Notes: generated by a model not told the origin, from the sequence alone. Numbered from the stretch's first letter, positions 19,169-30,700 are shown. The stretch is DNA of 64,000 bases from Hyphomicrobiales bacterium (GCA_965230545.1 CBDDLE010000003.1:153369-217368), one strand, 5' to 3'. Made by a program: numbers and translations.

Positions 19169-21751
19169 ATGAAACAAGAACGTTATACGGACCGCGCAAA
19201 GACCATTGTTCAAGCGGCGCAACAAGAAGCGCTTGCTAATGATCATCAACAATTCACTCCCCTTCATTTACTTAAAGCTCTCCTGGAAGACCAGGATGGC
19301 CTTACTGTTAATTTGATTACCAAAGCTGGCGGCAACGCGCAGCTTATTAATGCGCAAGTGAGTGCTGCTCTTTCTAAAATACCCAAGGTTAGTGGCTCTG
19401 GTGCGGGGCAACTTTACATCGCGCCTGATATGGCGAAGCTTTTTAAGGCTGCTGAAGAGGTTGCTGATAAAGCTGGTGACAAGTTTGTTACTTCTGAGCG
19501 CTTATTGCTTGCAGCATGCCTTGAAGCTTCTAGTGAAGCAGGGCGCATTTTATCTGCTGGTGGGATTACCGCTCAAAAATTAAATGAAGCGATTAATGAT
19601 ATTCGCAAAGGGCGAACAGCTGATACGCAATCAGCCGAAGAGGGGTTTGACGCACTAAAACGCTTTGCTAGGGACCTCACCGAAGAAGCGGCCAATGGTA
19701 AGCTCGACCCGGTGATTGGGCGCGAGGAAGAAATTCGCCGCACAGTGCAAGTGCTGTCTCGTCGCTCGAAGAACAATCCGGTTCTTATTGGTGAACCTGG
19801 TGTTGGTAAAACAGCGATTATTGAAGGGTTGGCTCTTCGGATTGTTAATGGCGATGTGCCTGAGAGCCTTAAAGGGAGACAACTTCTCTCGCTTGATATG
19901 GGCGCGTTGATTGCTGGTGCGAAATATCGCGGTGAATTTGAAGAACGGCTTAAGTCAGTTCTTTCTGAAGTGAAAGCTGCAGAAGGTGGAATTGTGCTCT
20001 TTATTGATGAGATGCACACCCTTATTGGCGCTGGTAAAACTGATGGCGCGATGGATGCCTCTAACTTGCTTAAGCCTGCATTAGCGCGCGGTGAGTTGCA
20101 CTGTGTTGGTGCAACGACATTGGATGAATATCAAAAGCATGTTGAAAAAGATGCTGCCCTTGCGCGGCGTTTCCAGCCGGTGTTTGTCTCTGAGCCAACT
20201 GTTGAAGACACGATTTCTATCTTGCGTGGCTTGAAGGAAAAATACGAGCTCCATCACGGTGTGCGGATTTCTGACAATGCGCTGGTGGCCAGTGCTACTC
20301 TTTCTAACCGCTATATCACTGACAGATTTTTGCCGGACAAGGCGATTGACCTGATGGATGAAGCCGCGAGCCGTTTGCGCATGCAGGTTGAATCAAAACC
20401 GGAAGAGCTTGATGAACTTGATCGCAAGATCATTCAGCTGAAAATTGAGCGTGAAGCTTTATTGAAAGAAAATGATGAAGCTTCGAAAGAGCGCTTGAAA
20501 AAGCTCAGTGAAGAACTTGCGAACTTTGAAGAGCAATCTCGTGCGCTCACCGAGCGGTGGGCAAGTGAGAAGGCGAAGCTTTCTGATGCCAATAAAGTGA
20601 AAGAGCAGCTTGACCAAGCACGCATTGAGCTTGAGCAAGCCCAGCGCGCTGGTGACTTGGCCAAAGCTGGTGAGCTTTCTTATGGTGTGATCCCTGAGCT
20701 TGAGAAGCAACTCGCTGATAGTGCGAATACCGAGACGCCTTCTGACCTGATGGTGAATGAGGTGGTTCGCGAATCTGATATTGCGGGCGTTGTCTCTCGC
20801 TGGACGGGTGTGCCAGTTGACAAAATGCTTGAAGGTGAGCGTGAGAAGCTTCTTAAGATGGAAGAAGCGATTGGCACTCGTGTGATTGGCCAGGAAGATG
20901 CGGTCAAATCGGTTTCAACGGCTGTTCGCAGAGCACGGGCTGGTCTACAAGACCCGAACCGGCCGATTGGTTCTTTCATGTTCCTCGGCCCAACTGGTGT
21001 TGGTAAGACAGAGCTGACAAAAGCTTTGGCAGAATTTCTCTTTGATGATGACACGGCGATGGTTCGCATTGATATGTCTGAATTTATGGAGAAACATTCG
21101 GTGGCTCGGCTCATTGGGGCGCCTCCTGGGTATGTTGGTTATGAAGAAGGCGGTGTGCTCACTGAAGCTGTGCGCCGGCGGCCTTACCAGGTGATCTTGT
21201 TTGATGAGATTGAAAAAGCTCACACTGATGTCTTTAATGTGCTCTTGCAAGTCTTGGATGATGGTCGCTTGACAGATGGTCAGGGACGGACCGTTGATTT
21301 CCGTAATACGCTTATCATTATGACATCTAACCTTGGTTCTGAGCATCTGGTTACGCTTAAAGAAGAAGATGATGTTGAGCTGGTTGAAGCGAAAGTAATG
21401 CAGGAAGTTCGTGGGCATTTCCGCCCTGAATTTCTCAACCGTGTGGATGAGGTGATCTTATTCCATCGTTTGAAGCGGGCTCAGATGGCAGCGATTGTGA
21501 CCATTCAACTGAAGCGTTTACAAAAGCTCTTGGACGAGCGCCAGCTCACACTCGAGCTTAGCGAGACTGCCACTGAGTGGCTTGCGAATAAAGGCTATGA
21601 CCCTGCTTATGGTGCACGGCCCTTAAAGCGTGTTATTCAAAAACAAGTTCAAGACCCCTTGGCTGAGAAGATCCTCGGCGGCGAGGTGATCGACGGGCAA
21701 ACCATCAAAGTTGATGTAGCTGATGGTGAGTTGAGTTTTGAAAGTAATTAA
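19169..21751 (+). CDS. clpB: ATP-dependent chaperone ClpB
   Basis: The 860-aa product has two AAA+ modules (GEPGVGKT and GPTGVGKT) separated by a long coiled-coil middle domain. A Clp N-domain is present. Confidence 0.97.
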   Translation: MKQERYTDRAKTIVQAAQQEALANDHQQFTPLHLLKALLEDQDGLTVNLITKAGGNAQLINAQVSAALSKIPKVSGSGAGQLYIAPDMAKLFKAAEEVADKAGDKFVTSERLLLAACLEASSEAGRILSAGGITAQKLNEAINDIRKGRTADTQSAEEGFDALKRFARDLTEEAANGKLDPVIGREEEIRRTVQVLSRRSKNNPVLIGEPGVGKTAIIEGLALRIVNGDVPESLKGRQLLSLDMGALIAGAKYRGEFEERLKSVLSEVKAAEGGIVLFIDEMHTLIGAGKTDGAMDASNLLKPALARGELHCVGATTLDEYQKHVEKDAALARRFQPVFVSEPTVEDTISILRGLKEKYELHHGVRISDNALVASATLSNRYITDRFLPDKAIDLMDEAASRLRMQVESKPEELDELDRKIIQLKIEREALLKENDEASKERLKKLSEELANFEEQSRALTERWASEKAKLSDANKVKEQLDQARIELEQAQRAGDLAKAGELSYGVIPELEKQLADSANTETPSDLMVNEVVRESDIAGVVSRWTGVPVDKMLEGEREKLLKMEEAIGTRVIGQEDAVKSVSTAVRRARAGLQDPNRPIGSFMFLGPTGVGKTELTKALAEFLFDDDTAMVRIDMSEFMEKHSVARLIGAPPGYVGYEEGGVLTEAVRRRPYQVILFDEIEKAHTDVFNVLLQVLDDGRLTDGQGRTVDFRNTLIIMTSNLGSEHLVTLKEEDDVELVEAKVMQEVRGHFRPEFLNRVDEVILFHRLKRAQMAAIVTIQLKRLQKLLDERQLTLELSETATEWLANKGYDPAYGARPLKRVIQKQVQDPLAEKILGGEVIDGQTIKVDVADGELSFESN

Positions 21752-21868
21752 TTAGATTTCGTGCAAAGTCCCTCGCTGACGCTCAGTTTACTTTGCACGA
21801 GGAACGATATGGTTTTGAACCACCTAGGGAAGCCCTTTACAATCTCTCTAGGTGGTTCATCTCTTTTT

Positions 21869-22587
21869 CTATTTTAGTGAATGACTATAAACCTCTCCGA
21901 ATTGCAAGAAACTATCCAGGCTTTTTGCGCCGGTGATGACTAGGTTTGTTTCGCTTTTATCGAGGGCCATGTTGGTGACGAAGCGTAAGCCAGTGTGGAG
22001 GCTTTTTTGGTATTTTCCATTAGCCTTATAAACATAGATGCGGCCTCTGGCGTATTCGGCGATGTAGATGGTGCCGTTTTTTGAAATTTCTATGCCGTCT
22101 GGTCCTGTATATTCTGGGTCTCTATTTCTAAAGGGGGGGACGTTTTTAAAGTTGGTGAAGAGTGTTTTAGTGCCAATTTTTCCTTTTCCTAAGAGCGGGT
22201 ATTTGATCACTTGTTTGGCCAAGTGCTCTGAGACATAGAGCTCGTTTTTATAAATCGCGATGCCGTTGGGGTAGATGAGGTTCTCGGCGATTTTTGTAAC
22301 GACGCCTTCTTTGCTTAGATAAAAGATTAGTCCCATGGGTTGTAGCTTCTTGTCGAAATGCCCAGGGGCTGTCAGGTATACACCGCCCTGCCCGTCACTT
22401 ATGCAGTCGTTGGGGTGGAAGATCGCAATGCCCTCTTTGCTCTTTTTAATAGAACGGAGCGTTTTACCTTTCCGATCAACAATGATCAGCTCATCGCTTA
22501 AGTGGCAGAGGATGACAAATTTGTTTGATTGATAGCGTGCCAGAGATGTTGGGCCGCAACCTTTTTTATAGAAGAAGGGGCTAGCCC
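21869..22587 (-). pseudogene. SMP-30/gluconolactonase/LRE-like beta-propeller domain, split from the upstream membrane-domain ORF by a frameshift at a T9 run
   Basis: The frame is open from 22587 down to the annotated ORF at 21869-22336 with no ATG (KKGCGPTSLARY...QPMGLIF...). The upstream ORF ends ...PEGPVFIDGDLYYTEMTRNRVMKVS, which is the typical first blade of an SMP-30 domain. Deleting one T from the run at 22600-22608 fuses the two frames. Confidence 0.6.
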
Positions 22588-22590
22588 CCT

Positions 22591-23457
22591 TTATTGAGCT
22601 TTTTTTTTAAGTGCTTCGCTTGAGACTTTCATCACTCTGTTGCGGGTCATTTCTGTGTAGTACAAATCACCATCTATGAACACAGGGCCTTCAGGGTAAG
22701 CAGCTTGTTTTTCGATTATTACTCTTTGCCCGTTTTTAGCTTCTGCTGGCTGAGTGCCCGCAAAAGTTACGCTTAAAAGACATGCAACGCTTAGGAGAAT
22801 GGCTAGCAGAGTATTAAGCTGCGTGGCTGGTTTTTGGGTCTCTGATTTTGGGCGGGCGAAGATGACGATGGCCATTGCCAGGATAAGAAACACAGAAAGT
22901 GACATGGTGAGAGACCGTGTGCCAAAATTGGGGATGAGATAAAAAGAGGTCAGCAGTGTGCCAAAAATATTGCCCGCAGTAGAGACAGCAAACACCGTGC
23001 CTGACGTGCGGCCTGCGTGTTCAACATCCATCAAAGTGCGGCGGATGGCGACAGGTGAGAAGGTTGAGAGGCAAGCAACTGGAGGCCCTGTGACAATGAG
23101 TGCACCAACGAGGGCACCGAGCTTTACATCTTCAATAGCTGTGATGACGATTTCCATCATCGGATCAATGAATTGGGGTAAGGCGATCATATAGAGAGCA
23201 GAGATGAATATCATTGCTTCCAAAAGCCAGCCGGATTTATGCTTATCTGCATTATAGCCGCCCAGGAAATAACCGCCCATCATAGCTAGCAGAACAACAG
23301 AAATGAGGGCTGCCCATGTGAAGATTGTTCCACCGAAATAGGGATTAAGATAGCGTGATGCCAGCATTTCTAAGGACATGATCACAGCACCAACCGTGAA
23401 GGCTGCGATGAGCATCATGATAAAGGAAAGCGAATTATTGTTATTTTTATTCGGCAT
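22591..23457 (-). CDS. polytopic membrane domain (about 8 TM), as found in fused membrane/spermidine-synthase proteins; C-terminus begins an SMP-30 domain
   Basis: The 288-aa product has hydrophobic helices throughout. Its start codon abuts the stop of the upstream SpeE-like gene (TAAATG). Confidence 0.6.
   Translation of the reverse strand: MPNKNNNNSLSFIMMLIAAFTVGAVIMSLEMLASRYLNPYFGGTIFTWAALISVVLLAMMGGYFLGGYNADKHKSGWLLEAMIFISALYMIALPQFIDPMMEIVITAIEDVKLGALVGALIVTGPPVACLSTFSPVAIRRTLMDVEHAGRTSGTVFAVSTAGNIFGTLLTSFYLIPNFGTRSLTMSLSVFLILAMAIVIFARPKSETQKPATQLNTLLAILLSVACLLSVTFAGTQPAEAKNGQRVIIEKQAAYPEGPVFIDGDLYYTEMTRNRVMKVSSEALKKKAQ
22600..22608. repeat. T9/A9 homopolymeric tract at the frameshift point
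   Basis: The sequence is gagcTTTTTTTTTaagtg. It is immediately followed (minus sense) by the stop codon that truncates the membrane-SMP-30 reading frame. Confidence 0.9.
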
Positions 23458-24384
23458 TTAACGGCCCCGTTTTTCATTGTGGGTTTTGATTGTCTTTAGC
23501 ATATTTACTGGTGCGAAATCATCAGTCAGCGGTTTGGTTTTGGTATTATAATCTAAGAGCATCGCGCGTTTTTGAATGAGGTCTGGCAAAGCATAACGGA
23601 ATTTATGGGTCTCTTGCAATTTGGTTGCTTTATCAATGACACTCTCAATTGACTTTTTCTCTCCATCATAAGCAATGGCCACAATATTGCCGCCGCCTCT
23701 ATAAACATCCACATGGTCAAACACTGAAGAGATGGTTGCGATGGCGCTATCATAAAGCATGGTTGATGGCTCGATATTTTGCACCATGACGCCACCTTTA
23801 CTGAGGCGTTTTTTGGCTAACTTAAAAAACTCTTTGGTCATGAGATGAAAAGGAACGAATTGTCCTCTGTACGCGTCGACAAAGATGATGTCGTGTTTTT
23901 GTTTTTTACGCAAAATATGCATGCGGCCGTCAAGTTCAGAGATAATGAAATTTTCACTTTGCTTGCCGTTTTCTTTAAAGCCGTAATATTTTCTCGACAA
24001 GCGTACAATTTCAGGATCGAGCTCAACAGCGACAATTTTTGCTTTGGGCAATGATTTATGAAGGTACCAGCTGGTTGAGCCGCCACCCATGCCGATCATG
24101 AGAAATGAGTTTAAGTTTTTCGGGTATGCCAAGCCGATGGTGAAGCTCTTGGTATATTCAACTGGGAGCTCTGTTAAATCGTCAGGATTGCGGCGACTTT
24201 CAACATAGCGACGGCTCTTATGACCGAATGCAAGGGTGATATAGGGTGTTTGTTTGTAGATATAGATGGTGTTGTAGGGACTTTCGACTTTTTCCAAGAG
24301 CTTTTCAGCCTTTAACGGGGCTGAGAGTGGTAAAAGAAGGGATAATGACACAAGGAAAAATGCTAATTTATTCTTCATTTTCAA
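23458..24384 (-). CDS. spermidine synthase-like (polyamine aminopropyltransferase fold) protein with N-terminal signal peptide
   Basis: The motif FLMIGMGGGSTSWYL...KIVAVELDPEIV...DIIFVDAY matches the SpeE-family SAM-MTase fold. The signal peptide is MKMKNKLAFFLVSLSLLLPLSAPLKA. Confidence 0.65.
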   Translation of the reverse strand: MKMKNKLAFFLVSLSLLLPLSAPLKAEKLLEKVESPYNTIYIYKQTPYITLAFGHKSRRYVESRRNPDDLTELPVEYTKSFTIGLAYPKNLNSFLMIGMGGGSTSWYLHKSLPKAKIVAVELDPEIVRLSRKYYGFKENGKQSENFIISELDGRMHILRKKQKHDIIFVDAYRGQFVPFHLMTKEFFKLAKKRLSKGGVMVQNIEPSTMLYDSAIATISSVFDHVDVYRGGGNIVAIAYDGEKKSIESVIDKATKLQETHKFRYALPDLIQKRAMLLDYNTKTKPLTDDFAPVNMLKTIKTHNEKRGR

Positions 24385-24548
24385 ATACTAACCATCAATT
24401 TTTGACAAATCTTATGAAGATTTTTGTCGTAAGGTTTTAAAATCAATTTCTTTCCCTCAATAGAGCTATTTCTTGACAACATTGCAATAATTTAATCTTC
24501 CCTGATATGGAAATTTCTTCACAGATATTTTATACTTTGGCTTAAATT

Positions 24549-26456
24549 ATGAAATTTTCAGCACTTTGGAGGGTTTTTAAAATGCGCGGTCTGGCTTCTT
24601 TTATTTTGACTGTAGTTTTGCTACTTCCTTTCTCATCATCAGGGTATGCAAAGAGAGTGGCACTTGTTGTTGGTAATGACAGTTATGTCAATGTGCCAAA
24701 GCTCGCCAAGGCGCAGAATGACGCTGATAGTATTTCCAAAAAATTGAAAGACCTAGGCTTTCAGGTTCATTTACATAAAGACCTAAACCGGCGTGGGTTT
24801 AATCAACAATTACAGAAATTTCTCTCTTCCCTACAAGCCGGCGATGAAGCGCTTTTCTTCTTTGCGGGGCACGGTGTTGAAATTCGCGGGCAGAATTACC
24901 TGCTTCCCACTGATATTCCTAATGCTGAACCTGGCCAGGAAGCATTTGTGAAAAGTGAGGCGATTGGGGTGAATTATGTTCTTAATGAAATTGGTCGGCG
25001 CAAAGTGCGTATGACAATGCTGATTTTGGATGCTTGCCGGAATAACCCTTTTCAAAAATCAGGCACACGGAGCCTTGGGCGCACACGCGGCCTTGGCACC
25101 ATGGAAGCGCCACCAGAGGGAACGTTTATTCTTTATTCTGCCGGGTTTGGGCAATCTGCGCTTGATCGTTTGAGTGATAGTGACCCGCATCCAAATTCAG
25201 TTTTCACTCGGACTTTGGTGCCATTGCTCTCCAAGCCAGGGTTAAAACTTTCTGACACAGCAAGGCAAGTGCGCCGCAAAGTTATGAAGCTTGCGTCAAC
25301 CGTTAGCCATGAACAGCGCCCTGCTTACTATGATGAAGTGCTTGGTGATTTTTATTTCACTCCTCCGGCTGCTGGTCTTGTTGAACATTCAACACCACAA
25401 AAGCTAATCACGAAAAGACCTGCTGTTAGTATTCAAGGCGGGGGGACTTGTGGGGTTTGGCCGCAAATTGCAACGTCTGCTACTTACGCGCAAGTTGAAG
25501 CATTTTTAGCTGAATGTAAAACGGGTATTTACTCAACTTTAGCGAAAGCACGTTTGGAAGAGTTGAAGGTGAAACAACCTAATAAAGCTCTAGCTTTGTT
25601 ACCGCCTGTTATTAAGACACCAAAGAAGGTTTCTAAAAATGCGCAGGCCATTTTCACTAGAGCCTGGAATATTTTTAATGGGCGCAACGGTGAGACAAAA
25701 GACCATTACAAAGCCGTTCGACTTTATAAACAAGCTGTTTCAATGGGGCATAAAAGCGCCATGGTTAATCTTGGCTATTCGCTTGAAAATGGTTTTGGTA
25801 TTCAAAAAGATATTGTGAAAGCTGCGCAACTGTACAAACGAGCCGCGGAACTTGGTGAAGCTCAAGGTATGACCAATCTTGGCTATATGTATGAACATGG
25901 CAAGGGCATCACCCTAGACTTAAAAGAAGCAGCCAATTGGTACAAGAAATCAGCTTTGGCTGGTAACTATAATGGCATGACGAATTTTGGTTATATGAAT
26001 GAAACAGGCCGCGGCATACCGGTTAATTTCAAGGCGGCTGTTAAGTGGTATCGCAAAGGTGCTGATGGAGGGATTGCTCGGGCTAAAAACAATCTTGCTT
26101 ATATGTACCTTTATGGGCGCGGTGTGAAGAAAAGTGAGCGCACCGCATGGTCTTTATATAAAGCGGCAGCTGACCAGGGCTTTGCTAACTCTAACTATAT
26201 GCTTGGCTATATGAGATTGCTTGGCAAAGGCGTGAAGCGCAATGATAAAAAGGCGGCAAAGTGGGTATTTAAAGCGCTGCAAGGTAAGCATAAATTTGCC
26301 GTGAAAGAAATGACTACGAACTCTGCTGGCTGGTCATTAGTCTTTAGAAGAGAACTACAAAGATTGATGGCCAATGCTGGTTATTATAGTGGTTCGCTTG
26401 ATGGGAAATTCGGCCCTGAAACTTTTAATGCTGTGCGTAGTGTGGCCGGACAATAA
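24549..26456 (+). CDS. caspase (peptidase C14) family protein with Sel1 repeats and a C-terminal peptidoglycan-binding-like domain
   Basis: The product has a signal peptide. The caspase His/Cys dyad contexts are FFFAGHGVE and LILDACRNNPF. At least 7 Sel1-like repeats follow (AxxxYxxAAxxGxxxA patterns). The C-terminus is LQRLMANAGYYSGSLDGKFGPETFNAV. Confidence 0.8.
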   Translation: MKFSALWRVFKMRGLASFILTVVLLLPFSSSGYAKRVALVVGNDSYVNVPKLAKAQNDADSISKKLKDLGFQVHLHKDLNRRGFNQQLQKFLSSLQAGDEALFFFAGHGVEIRGQNYLLPTDIPNAEPGQEAFVKSEAIGVNYVLNEIGRRKVRMTMLILDACRNNPFQKSGTRSLGRTRGLGTMEAPPEGTFILYSAGFGQSALDRLSDSDPHPNSVFTRTLVPLLSKPGLKLSDTARQVRRKVMKLASTVSHEQRPAYYDEVLGDFYFTPPAAGLVEHSTPQKLITKRPAVSIQGGGTCGVWPQIATSATYAQVEAFLAECKTGIYSTLAKARLEELKVKQPNKALALLPPVIKTPKKVSKNAQAIFTRAWNIFNGRNGETKDHYKAVRLYKQAVSMGHKSAMVNLGYSLENGFGIQKDIVKAAQLYKRAAELGEAQGMTNLGYMYEHGKGITLDLKEAANWYKKSALAGNYNGMTNFGYMNETGRGIPVNFKAAVKWYRKGADGGIARAKNNLAYMYLYGRGVKKSERTAWSLYKAAADQGFANSNYMLGYMRLLGKGVKRNDKKAAKWVFKALQGKHKFAVKEMTTNSAGWSLVFRRELQRLMANAGYYSGSLDGKFGPETFNAVRSVAGQ

Positions 26457-26625
26457 ATTTTCTATCTTACTTAGAGATTTTACCCGGAGGGTGCTTTAGG
26501 TAGCATCCTCCGTTGTTTATTGGCTATTTATTCATCGTGTCAATTTCCTTTACCACCTAAACCGAAAGGTATATATCTATTTGTAAATCATTTCCTTTTC
26601 AGGAAAGAAACATGTTGGGGGTATT

Positions 26626-27738
26626 ATGGAACGTCTTTTCAACCGTGTTTTCTCTGTTCAAATTTTTCGCTTAAGTATTCTCTTTTTATTTTCATTTTCT
26701 TTAGCTGGATGTTCTGAACCTGAGCCGCCTCAAAAAGCAGAGGTTGTTCGCTCTATCAAGCATATGACTTTAAAATCAAAGGCCGTTAATCAAGCGCGGT
26801 TAATTGCTGGGGTAATTACACCTGCTGTGAGCACTAAGGTGGCTTTTGAAATTTCAGGTCAGATTGTTAAATTAAATGTTGCTGTAGGTGACCGGGTGAA
26901 AAAAGGGGATGTCTTGGCTGAAATTGACCCTCAAACCTACAAACTGAGAGTTCAAAGTGCTGAAGGCAATTTAAAAAGTGCACTTGCGCGTTTGGCTGAT
27001 GCTGAGAAAAAGTTTGAACAGCAACGCAAGCTTTATCAAAAGAAATTCACCACGAAGACTGAGTTTGATAGCTCCTTGGCGACACTAGAAAGTGCCCGCA
27101 GTGAAGTTTCCATTCAAGACAGTTCCTTGAAAATTGCCAAGCGTGACCTTTCTAAAACATCTCTACAAGCGCCCTTTGATGGTGCGATTTCTGAAAAATC
27201 GGTTGAAGTTTTTGAAGAGGTGACTGCAGGGAAAGAGATTGTCACTTTGCATACTGAAGATAATTATGAGGTTGATGTATCGCTCCCAGAAACTTTGGTC
27301 AATGAAGTTTCTATTGGTAATGAAGTTGATGTAAAGCTCTCTATTGGTATTAGCGCTCCCATTAAGGGATATGTCAAAGAGATTAGCTCACAAGCTGGCC
27401 AGGCCAATGCCTTTCCTGTGACGATTGGATTAAGTGAAAGAGTTGACAAATTGCGGCCTGGTATGAGCGCAGAAGTAACGTTTAAGTTTCAGCAAGATTT
27501 AGGTGTGCCGACTTTTGCCGTTCCCACCTCAGCTGTTTTACCAAGTGGTGAACCGGAAAAAGCTTATGTTTTCATTTTTAATAAAGAGAAAAAGTTTGTA
27601 GAACGGCGCGAAGTAAAAGTCGTGAACATCCGTGATAATGACCTTCTCATTGCAGGACAAGTGAAAGATGGGGATATTATAGCAACAGCTGGTGTCTCTT
27701 TCCTTTATGACAAACGCCCTGTGCACCTTCTTCAATAG
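26626..27738 (+). CDS. RND efflux periplasmic adaptor (membrane fusion protein)
   Basis: A lipoprotein signal is present (LAGCSEP). The product has a coiled-coil hairpin plus a beta-barrel domain, and the gene lies upstream of the RND permease. Confidence 0.85.
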   Translation: MERLFNRVFSVQIFRLSILFLFSFSLAGCSEPEPPQKAEVVRSIKHMTLKSKAVNQARLIAGVITPAVSTKVAFEISGQIVKLNVAVGDRVKKGDVLAEIDPQTYKLRVQSAEGNLKSALARLADAEKKFEQQRKLYQKKFTTKTEFDSSLATLESARSEVSIQDSSLKIAKRDLSKTSLQAPFDGAISEKSVEVFEEVTAGKEIVTLHTEDNYEVDVSLPETLVNEVSIGNEVDVKLSIGISAPIKGYVKEISSQAGQANAFPVTIGLSERVDKLRPGMSAEVTFKFQQDLGVPTFAVPTSAVLPSGEPEKAYVFIFNKEKKFVERREVKVVNIRDNDLLIAGQVKDGDIIATAGVSFLYDKRPVHLLQ

Positions 27739-27754
27739 CTGAAAGGTTTTTTCC

Positions 27755-30700
27755 ATGCGGAACTTAACAGCCTTTGCCTTAAATAATAGAACTTTGGTTT
27801 TGCTTTTTGTGGTGCTTGTCTTATTTGCAGGACCTTTTAGTTTCACCTCTCACCCTTCTAGAGAAGATCCTGAAATCACAATTCGAACAGCTTTGATCAC
27901 GGCGCAGTTTGAAGGGATGTCTCCTACGCGCATTGAAAATCTTATCACACGTAAGATAGAAGAAAAGCTGCGTGAAATTCCTGAAGTCGAGCACATTATC
28001 TCGACCGTTCAAAATGGAGTAACGATTATTCGTGCAAACGTTTATGAACGCTATAGTGATATGGATCCTATTTGGCAGGATTTGCGTAATAAAATGGAGG
28101 ATGTGAAAGGGGATTTACCCAGCGGAACGCAGGGGCCTTTTGTGAATGATGATTATGGTGAAGTGGCTATGGCCACCATTGCATTGACAGCAGAAGGCTT
28201 TAGTTTGGCTGAAATGCGCACAAAGGCCAAGTTCTTACGCAATCAGCTTTATCGAGTTGGTGGGGTGAGGAAAGTTTCTCTTTTTGGGGTAGAGCCTGAG
28301 CGTATTTTTGTTGAGGTTGATAATATTCGCCTTGCTCAATATGGCGTTCGCGCTTCGGATATTACTGATGCGATTAGTCGCCAAAATATTGTTTTGCCTG
28401 GTGGTATCATTCAAGCCAATGGCGATTCCTTTTATGTGGAGCCTACTGGAAATTTTGAAAATTTAGAGCAGCTTGAAAATTTACAGATCAAAATTCCGGA
28501 TAAAACTGGCCAGGTGGCCTATTTAAAAGATATTGCAAAAATCACCCGCGGCTTTGCAGACCCGCCCAAGTCGCCAGCTTTTTTTAATGGCAAAAAAGCG
28601 ATTGTTCTTTCGGTTTCAATGATTGATCAATTCGATAGCTTTAAATTTGCAGAGGATTTAAAAGCCAAGACAGCTGAACTTGAACAGGGTTTGCCTATTG
28701 GCTATCAGTTTAACTATATCACTTTCCAACCGAATGAGATTGAAGTTGCGGTAAGCGGCGTGATGAACAATCTTTATCAAACGATTGCGATTGTTCTCAT
28801 CGTGGTGATGGTTTTTCTAGGCTGGCGCACAGGCCTTTTGGTGGGGGCGATGGTGCCTTTGGTCATGCTTCTTTCTATACTTGTGATGCGTGTTATTGGC
28901 ATTGAGCTGGAGCGCATGTCGCTTGCCACACTGATTATTGCGCTTGGTCTTTTGGTTGATAATGGCATTGTGATTGCTGAAGATATCAGCCGCCGATTGG
29001 CTGAAGGGGAAGAACGTTTGAAGGCTGTGATTGCATCTGGGCGAGAAATGTCGATGCCTTTGCTTTCTTCCAGTTTAACCACTGTGTTTGCTTTTATGCC
29101 GTTGATGCTGGCTGATAGTACAGCTGGTGAATATACGCGCTCAATTTCTCTTGTCATTGCGATTGCGCTTCTTGGGTCTTGGGTGATGGCCATGACAGCG
29201 ATGCCGCTCTTTTGTTATTGGTTTCTAAAACCGGGTAAACTCATTGATGATAGTCATTATGAAACACAGCCCTTTTACCGGATTTATCGCACCATTCTCG
29301 ATAAAATACTGAGCTTTAGATTTGCATTTTTAGGTTTGGTTTTGTTGACACTGTTTGGTGGCATCTCGCTTTTTGCTTATGTGCCGAAAGTTTTCTTCCC
29401 AGCATCAGAGCGCACACAGTTGCAAATTTTGGTTGATGCGCCTGTTGGCAGCAATAGTTACCTTACACTTTCAGCCGTAAAACCATTGCAAAACTGGTTA
29501 TTAGATAAATCCAAAAATCCCGAGATCGTCAATCATATTGCTTATGTGGCCGGTGGCGGGCCTCGTTTTTATCTCGGGCTAGACCCGAATGACTCTGACC
29601 CGTTCCGTGCTTTTTTGGTTGTGAATGTGAAAGAGCCTTCAGACATTTTACCTTTGCTTGAAAAGGTGAGGGTTTTTGCAAATCACTCTATGCCAGAAGT
29701 GAGAGTGACACCCAAGCCTATGTCTATGGGACCTGGAGAAGCAGGGTTGGTTGAATACCGTGTTGTTGGGCCTGATGCTAAAATTTTAAAATCACTATCT
29801 GAGCGTATTATGGCTGGTATTCGTAATATTCCTGGTTCTCGTAACATTAAAGATGATTGGGAGAACCCGACTGTTAAAATCATTGTTGATATTGATCAGG
29901 CTCGAGCACGGCGAGCTGGTGTGACTTCTGAACAAGTTGCGAATGCTTTGAATGCCAGCCTTGCTGGCACGACCGTTTCTGGTTACCGAGAAGGGGACCA
30001 GACGATACCTGTGATTTTACGAGAAAAAGGTTTGGCGCGGCATAATATTGATCGGTTGCGTACGCTGAATATTGGAGTGGAAAATGGTAACCCTATTCCG
30101 CTTTTACAAATCGCTACATTTAGAGGGCAGCCAGAATATTCTCTCATGCAGCGCAGAGACCTTGAGCGCACGATTACTATTTCAGCTGTGAATAAAAACA
30201 TGACAGCTGCGGAGCTAGATACAGCTCTCACACCATTGTTGTCTAAGATCGAAGCAGAGTTGCAACCTGGCTATGAAATTGAAAAGGGTGGCGAGTTAGA
30301 AAGTTCTGCCAAAGCACAAGGCTCGTTATTTGCTTATATGCCGCTTGCCTTTGCGCTCATAATCCTGGTGCTTGTAGCGCAATTTGATAGTTTCAAGCGG
30401 CCTTTGATTATCTTACTCACCATTCCCCTTGTGATCACCGGTATATCTGTCACTCTCTTTGTTGCACCGAATGCCAATTTCAGCTTCATGGCTATATTAG
30501 GGCTTTTGGCGTTGGCTGGCATTGTGATTAATAACGCTATTGTGCTGATTGACCGAATTGAAAAAGAGAGAGAGGAGGGAGCTTTAGTGCGAGATGCAAT
30601 ATTAAGTGCTTCGGTCACACGGCTCAAACCGATTTTAATGACCACGGCAACCACAGTGCTTGGACTTTTACCGATTATACTGGCACGAGATGTATTATTT

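Noticed and set aside
19362-21418. Multiple antisense or out-of-frame ORFs inside clpB (e.g. 19573-20019, 20680-21114, 20945-21418)
   Set aside because: They overlap a highly conserved gene on the opposite strand or in another frame. They are typical shadows of a long, GC-skewed CDS.
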